From: an uncultured virus (IMG/VR IMGVR_UViG_2808606796_000002)
Taxonomy: Duplodnaviria; Heunggongvirae; Uroviricota; Caudoviricetes
Length of the DNA stretch: 64,000 bases
Virus record (IMG/VR): IMGVR_UViG_2808606796_000002
Strand: one strand, 5' to 3'
The first letter of the stretch is position 1. Each line of letters opens with the position of its first letter. Of the stretch, positions 58,689-64,000 are shown piece after piece. The translations under genes were made by a program, and so were the position numbers. The notes below the pieces were generated by a model, which made no database searches, was not told where the DNA came from, and worked only from the letters and a program-made list of their open reading frames with translations.

Positions 58689-59193
58689 TGCACCCCCTTC
58701 AGGCAGTAAGCACGCTCACGTGCGCGGCGGTTTTCCAACCCGGTATTTCTGACGCCATTCACAAACACCCAGCGCGGCAACTGATCACAAACCTGCCACC
58801 ACTGATGACGCTTGATGTAACTCACCATCGTTGAGCGACAGGCCGCCCCGGTGCCGACGTTAAACGCAAAACTGACCACCGCGTCATACACCGGCTGCGG
58901 CATATCGACCGGCACGCAGACAGCAAGGCGGCGCTCAACATTCAGCACGTCGCTGACCAGGTTCTGCGCGGCCTGCTGCTCGGTGATATTGCCTTTCGGG
59001 GTGACGCCTGCGGTGTGACCGATGCCCGATGTCCAGACACCGGCGCTGCACTGGTACGGTTTCAGGCGGCACCCTTCGAGGTCAGCAATCAGCGCCAGCC
59101 CGTGGGTGAGGTTTTCAGTAAGCGGAAATCCGGCACCAGGACGGCGAGCGCCAGCACCACGGCCACGCTGCAACGTTTAACGATTGATGCCAC
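58685..59193 (-). pseudogene. SAR lysozyme endolysin with apparent 1-bp deletion
   Basis: GTG start gives MASIVKRCSVAVVLALAVLVPDFRLLKTSP; catalytic GLALIADLEGC...WTSGIG is in another frame; span is 509 nt. Confidence 0.75.
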
Positions 59194-59398
59194 GTATCAC
59201 CCCCTCATCCAGCCCCATTGCGCGCAGATAGCGGAAGGTCTGACGGCGATACCAGAAATTCACCAGCGCGGTGAAAATCGCACAGCCTCCGCCGACATAC
59301 AGCGCCATTTTTTCCGGCGTCTGCGTCCCGAAATACGCCAGCGCCACCGACAGCCAGTAGGTGACAAACGTCGTGATTTTTTCCATTGTCAGTCCCAT
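59177..59398 (-). CDS. Holin (HP1/186 type)
   Basis: MEKITTFVTYW...TALVNFWYRR. Confidence 0.88.
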   Translation of the reverse strand: MGLTMEKITTFVTYWLSVALAYFGTQTPEKMALYVGGGCAIFTALVNFWYRRQTFRYLRAMGLDEGVIRGINR

Positions 59399-59592
59399 AA
59401 GTTCAGCGTCTCCGCAACAGGGGAAGAATCGATATCCGGCAGCTCAACAGCGGTGCCGTGGGGCATTTCTTCGCCCATATCGGCGAGACCGGGATTTGCC
59501 AGCAGCACCGCTTCGACCACGCCCCCGGTGCGCCCGTAATGGCGCGCACAGAGTGCATCCAGCGTGTCGCCCTGGAGGGCAATCACCCTCAT
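59389..59592 (-). CDS. X: P2 gpX
   Basis: ALQGDTLDALCARHYG...NLWD. Confidence 0.92.
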   Translation of the reverse strand: MRVIALQGDTLDALCARHYGRTGGVVEAVLLANPGLADMGEEMPHGTAVELPDIDSSPVAETLNLWD

Positions 59593-60089
59593 CAGATTTG
59601 CCCGATGATGCAGCGTGATTTCCCCTGCAACCGGGACACCGCCCAGCGCATATCGCGCCACAGCTCATCAATGGTGGTTTCCACGTCGTCGGCTTTTTTG
59701 TCGCCTCTGGCGCTCGCATCCACGCCGCGATAACGCTCGTAAAGGGTTGCGGTGGTCATCGCCACCACAGCGCGCAGGTAGTAAAAACAGCGCACGCTTT
59801 CGCCGTCGAGTATTTCGGCAGGTACATCGGCCAGGCACTCAAAACCGAGTGCCATCTGCGCGCTGCGGTACTCGAATAACTCGGCGTTGGTCTCGGCGAT
59901 ACCGTCCTTAATCGCCACCCGCAACCGCTCCGGGGTGACGGTGTGCTCAAGGCGCATCAGCTCCCGGACGCGCACCGGGTCGACTGCCGGGAAAAAGAAG
60001 GTGTTGCTGATAACCGGCTCGCGCACCGGCGGCGGGGGAATAACCACACCCGGCGAAACATCGGGCTTGCTGATAATCACTGTCGTCAT
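59592..60089 (-). CDS. L: P2 gpL head completion
   Basis: NTFFFP...LWRDMRWA. Confidence 0.92.
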   Translation of the reverse strand: MTTVIISKPDVSPGVVIPPPPVREPVISNTFFFPAVDPVRVRELMRLEHTVTPERLRVAIKDGIAETNAELFEYRSAQMALGFECLADVPAEILDGESVRCFYYLRAVVAMTTATLYERYRGVDASARGDKKADDVETTIDELWRDMRWAVSRLQGKSRCIIGQI

Positions 60090-60180
60090 GACAACCTCAA
60101 AATAGGTGGACGGTGGACGCCGGTATCGATGAAGGACGAACCTGTCTCAACCGGCGTGCCGTCCGGCGCGGGGCGCATTC

Positions 60181-60933
60181 TTAACCGGTGGTTTTATCCA
60201 CTTTGCGGGGGCGACCGCGTTTGCCTGGTGTGGTCGCAGGTTTACGCGCTCTGGGTTTTGTCTTTAGCTTTTTAACCGGTGCGGGTTTCGGCTTAAGCGC
60301 ACTTTCGAGACGCTCAATGTCCTTTTTCACCCCCGCCTGTGCATCGAGCTGCATCGCACGCTTGAGGTGCTCCAGCGCATCCGCCAGCAGCCCGGCGTCA
60401 CGCAGTACCAGCCCGGTAATTTTGTGCAGGCGTCCGCGCACTTTGTCGGGCATATCGGCGGCACTGGTCAGCGTCTGGGTTGCCAGCAGCAGCGTAATAT
60501 CAACCGGCTCACCGGCGGCGTGAGCACGCATGGCCGCCAGTGCCACATCCTCTGCCAGCACATACGGCGTGGTGCGCTTGTGCAGGGCGGGCATGGTGAG
60601 ACCGTACTGCATCGCGTAGCGGGCAATTTCCAGCGCACCGGCAATGTCACCGGCATCGAGCTTCCACAGCATGACGGTCATCACGATGTCATCCTGCGCG
60701 CCTTTGCCCTCACTCAGCACCCCGGCAACCCACGGCGCATAGGACGGCAACAGCGCGCGCTTTTTGTCCGCCTTGCGCTCAATGGAATGAATGGTTTTTA
60801 ACGTGCGTTGGTCGGCAGCCAGTTTGACCAGCATCTGCTCGTAAGCACTTGCATGGCGCAGCGGGTTATCGTCCCGCTGCGCGGTCACAATGGCCGAGAC
60901 CCGCATCATGTGACGTGCGGCGGGACTCGTCAT
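60181..60933 (-). CDS. M: P2 gpM terminase endonuclease subunit
   Basis: MTSPAARH...AGVKKDIERL. Confidence 0.93.
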   Translation of the reverse strand: MTSPAARHMMRVSAIVTAQRDDNPLRHASAYEQMLVKLAADQRTLKTIHSIERKADKKRALLPSYAPWVAGVLSEGKGAQDDIVMTVMLWKLDAGDIAGALEIARYAMQYGLTMPALHKRTTPYVLAEDVALAAMRAHAAGEPVDITLLLATQTLTSAADMPDKVRGRLHKITGLVLRDAGLLADALEHLKRAMQLDAQAGVKKDIERLESALKPKPAPVKKLKTKPRARKPATTPGKRGRPRKVDKTTG

Positions 60934-60936
60934 GGC

Positions 60937-62010
60937 TTACGCCTCCTGCGCCGGTTCATCTTTCGGCGGCTCAGGGAACTCACCGAGCGTGATGTTTTCC
61001 ACCAGGCAACCGGCGGCGTAGTCTTCAATCACGTAATCAATGTTCATTGATTCGTAGTTTTCGATGCGGTCGAGCTTGCCGTTCTCATCAATGATGCGGC
61101 GGTGACTGTCGTCCATGTAGTAAATGGACAGGTTTTCCAGCGTGGTGACCATCAGGCCATTGGCCGGGAAGTACGGTACGCGCACCGCGGGCAGATTACC
61201 GATGCGTTTCTGGCTGACAATCACATCCGCCGCCATCGCTTCGGTGTTGGCCTGGTCCTGGTTCACAATCGGGAAATATTTGTCCGCCAGCAGCTGACGA
61301 CCGCAGATGACAACTAAATCCGGATCTTCCTGATACCACGGCGCAATCAGGTTGTTGGTCGCATCCATCACCAGCGCGTCGAGGTTGGCAAAATCGCCGT
61401 GTTTACCCACGCGGATCACATCAGAAATAATGCTGCCATCATCGGCGGTGACTTTATCCATCACGCGCGCTTTCGCTTCGTTGCGGTACTTCTGCAACCA
61501 GCCGACGGCTACATCCTGCAACAGTGGATTTTTGCTGCGGTCAGAGGTGGCCGCACGCTTGATACCGTTGAAACCGGCCATCATTAAATCGAGCGACTGA
61601 CGCTTGATAATGGCGTTGCGAATACGGAGCTGAAAGTCCTGGAAACGCGCCCATAAATCCAGCGTGCGGAAACGAATATGGAAATCGAAGTTAATCTGGT
61701 CACATTCGTATTTGTTGGACTCCAGCGCGGTGAAATCTTCGGTTTTGCGTTCGTCACCGCTGGCGGTATCGGCGGTGCTGGCAATCGAGCCGGAGACACC
61801 GACACCGATTTTTTCACCCTTCATTTCCGCGACCGGCACCATGTTGATGCGGGTCAGAAAGTCGGATGACTCCTGCATGGTGTTCATCAGGGTCTGTGTG
61901 ACGGACGGGTCGACGCTGAATTTTTTGGTCATATCACCGGCGTCGACGTTGTTGAGCTTCGCCACCTGGGTGAGATAGGCATTAAATTTAAATCGGGTCT
62001 GTGGCTTCAT
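60937..62010 (-). CDS. N: P2 gpN major capsid
   Basis: FSVDPSVTQTL...LQDVAVGWLQK. Confidence 0.95.
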   Translation of the reverse strand: MKPQTRFKFNAYLTQVAKLNNVDAGDMTKKFSVDPSVTQTLMNTMQESSDFLTRINMVPVAEMKGEKIGVGVSGSIASTADTASGDERKTEDFTALESNKYECDQINFDFHIRFRTLDLWARFQDFQLRIRNAIIKRQSLDLMMAGFNGIKRAATSDRSKNPLLQDVAVGWLQKYRNEAKARVMDKVTADDGSIISDVIRVGKHGDFANLDALVMDATNNLIAPWYQEDPDLVVICGRQLLADKYFPIVNQDQANTEAMAADVIVSQKRIGNLPAVRVPYFPANGLMVTTLENLSIYYMDDSHRRIIDENGKLDRIENYESMNIDYVIEDYAAGCLVENITLGEFPEPPKDEPAQEA

Positions 62011-62046
62011 TGTTATTCCTGAATGAGTGTTGGTTTTGTTCCGGGC

Positions 62047-62901
62047 TTAGCAGTTGGTCAGCATCGAGTCGCCATTGCCGCCGCTCGACGGTTCACGGCG
62101 GCGCTGCGCAAAGCTTTCGGTTTTATCGAGGGAGGTTTCCAGCGCTGACAGCTTTTGCTGGCTTTCTTCAAGCTGAGTGATGAGTTCGCCCTTGAGGGTG
62201 CTGAAGGATTGCTCCATCGCATTCAGGCGCTGCTCGGTGGCGTCGTGGTTGGCCTGCACCTGCTCGGTGACCACCGTTACCGCCTCATGCACGTCGTTAA
62301 AACGTGCATCGTCATCCGCCTGTTTACGACTGAAAATACCTTTCACGGTGTCGGTCAGTTTGGTCAGCAGGGTGTCGGGCTGGTCTTCAAATTCCAGTTC
62401 GGCCAGGGTGGCGACAGAGAACAAATCTTCCGGGCGTTCTTTGCGGCCAGAAAGCGGATTGGTTTTCGCTCGGGAGCAAAATTCCAGATATTCCGTGCCG
62501 AGGCTTGCCGGGTCGTCAGTGACCGCGAGGCCAATCAGATAGCACTTGCCGGAGTTGGAGAAATTCGGGCGAATTTCCATGGAGGTATAGACCTTCTGGC
62601 CTTTACCGACCATTTCGACCAGGTTCGCCAGCGGAGTGATGCGGGCGAACAGCGCGAGCTTGCCGTTCAGCGCTGAATCATCATCAATGGTTTCAGCTTT
62701 CAGCTCGGTGACATCGCCGTATCGGCAGAAAGGACTGTCGGGTAACACACTGGTGATGTGTTCGAGGTTGATGCGTGCGCCGTAAACACGTGGGTCGAAT
62801 GAATCGGCCATTTCCTGAATGTCGGTGCCGCTGATGACGCGACCGTCACAGGTGTCACCTTCGACGCCGATGCGGAACCATTTAGAAACTTTTTTTGCCA
62901 T
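62047..62901 (-). CDS. O: P2 gpO scaffold/protease
   Basis: FRIGVEGDTCDGR...AVTDDPASLGT. Confidence 0.95.
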   Translation of the reverse strand: MAKKVSKWFRIGVEGDTCDGRVISGTDIQEMADSFDPRVYGARINLEHITSVLPDSPFCRYGDVTELKAETIDDDSALNGKLALFARITPLANLVEMVGKGQKVYTSMEIRPNFSNSGKCYLIGLAVTDDPASLGTEYLEFCSRAKTNPLSGRKERPEDLFSVATLAELEFEDQPDTLLTKLTDTVKGIFSRKQADDDARFNDVHEAVTVVTEQVQANHDATEQRLNAMEQSFSTLKGELITQLEESQQKLSALETSLDKTESFAQRRREPSSGGNGDSMLTNC

Positions 62902-63064
62902 GGTCAGGAGTCCTGAGTGTGGGTGATTGGGTCAGGCTTAGTTTCCAGACTCCACACCCGGCCTGCCATTCATCCCGGATGGCTTACCCCTGACACAACA
63001 GCACCTTAGCGCGCATCCATCCTCGCTTCAGTAGCCTTGCATCATCGAATAACGCGAGGCAATC

Positions 63065-64000
63065 ATGACCATCACCACAGACACCTCCCTGACACTTGAC
63101 CCACGTCGACAGGCGTCACTGCTTTACTGGCAGGGATTTTCCGTGCCGCAGATTGCTGAAATGCTCGGCCAGAAACGCCCGACGGTGCAGAGCTGGAAAC
63201 AGCGCGACGGATGGGACGGCATTGCGCCGATCACCCGCGTGGAAAACAGTCTTGAAGCGCGCCTGATTCAGCTCATCACCAAGACCAAAAAAGACGGTGG
63301 CGACTTCAAGGAAATCGACCTGTTAGGCCGACAGATTGAGCGGCTGGCGAGGGTGAATCGCTATAGCCAGACCGGCAGTGAAGCGGATTTAAATCCCAAC
63401 GTGGCGAACCGCAATAAAGGCGAGCGTAAGAAGCCGAAAAAGAACTATTTCAGCGATGAAGCTATCGAAAAACTGGAGGAGATTTTCTTTGCCGAATCCT
63501 TTGAATATCAGCTCGGCTGGCACCAGGCGGGACTGCAACACCGTATCCGCAATATCCTCAAATCCCGCCAGATTGGCGCGACGTTTTATTTCTCGCGTGA
63601 GTCGCTGTTACGTGCGCTGAAAACCGGCCATAACCAGATTTTCCTCTCGGCCAGTAAAACGCAGGCGTATGTGTTCCGTGAGTACATCATCCAGTTTGCG
63701 CGCCTGGTCGATGTTGACCTGACCGGCGACCCGATTGTCATTGGCAATAACGGCGCAAAACTGATTTTCCTTGGCACCAACTCCAACACCGCGCAGAGCC
63801 ATAACGGCGACCTGCTGGTTGATGAGATTTTCTGGATACCCAACTTCCAGAAGCTGCGCAAAGTCGCCAGCGGCATGGCCTCGCAACAGCACCTGCGTTC
63901 TACCTATTTCTCGACACCGTCCACGCTGGCGCATGGTGCGTACCCGTTCTGGTCAGGCGAGCTGTTTAACAAAGGTCGGTCGGATAAAAGCGAGTGTGTG
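63065..64000 (+). CDS. P: P2 gpP terminase ATPase subunit (runs off window)
   Basis: Hand-translated MTITTDTSLTLDPRRQASLLYWQG...LKSRQIGAT; divergent from O. Confidence 0.92.
   Translation, partial: MTITTDTSLTLDPRRQASLLYWQGFSVPQIAEMLGQKRPTVQSWKQRDGWDGIAPITRVENSLEARLIQLITKTKKDGGDFKEIDLLGRQIERLARVNRYSQTGSEADLNPNVANRNKGERKKPKKNYFSDEAIEKLEEIFFAESFEYQLGWHQAGLQHRIRNILKSRQIGATFYFSRESLLRALKTGHNQIFLSASKTQAYVFREYIIQFARLVDVDLTGDPIVIGNNGAKLIFLGTNSNTAQSHNGDLLVDEIFWIPNFQKLRKVASGMASQQHLRSTYFSTPSTLAHGAYPFWSGELFNKGRSDKSECV

Larger units (their letters stand above)
41931..64000. mobile_element. Prophage 2: P2/186-like, extends beyond window
   Basis: P2 gene order P-O-N-M-L-X-lysis-R-S-V-W-J-I-H-G-FI-FII-E-T-U-D-ogr. 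Confidence 0.95.

Overview
Enterobacterial chromosome segment: yebY and the SdsR/RyeB (RyeA antisense) sRNA locus, followed by two prophages integrated in tandem at the same 26-bp core (AGGAATCGTATTCGGTCTTTTTTTAT at 603-628 and 41931-41956), which is the SdsR 3' end. Prophage 1 (about 603-41956) looks complete. It has lambdoid early genes (int/xis, TraR-like, Sak4-type recombination module, short non-cleavable CI, Cro, O with iterons, DnaB, two methyltransferases, nin/Q), a holin/peptidase-endolysin/spanin cassette, DUF1073/DUF2184/DUF3383-type contractile-tail virion genes, three morons and two LexA-box loci. Prophage 2 (41931 to beyond 64000) is P2/186-like and partial. Its integrase lies co-directionally after ogr behind a LexA-box promoter, it carries FRG-domain and HNH-like morons, and its SAR endolysin is frameshifted. 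All family assignments come from motif recognition and synteny only; no searches were run.
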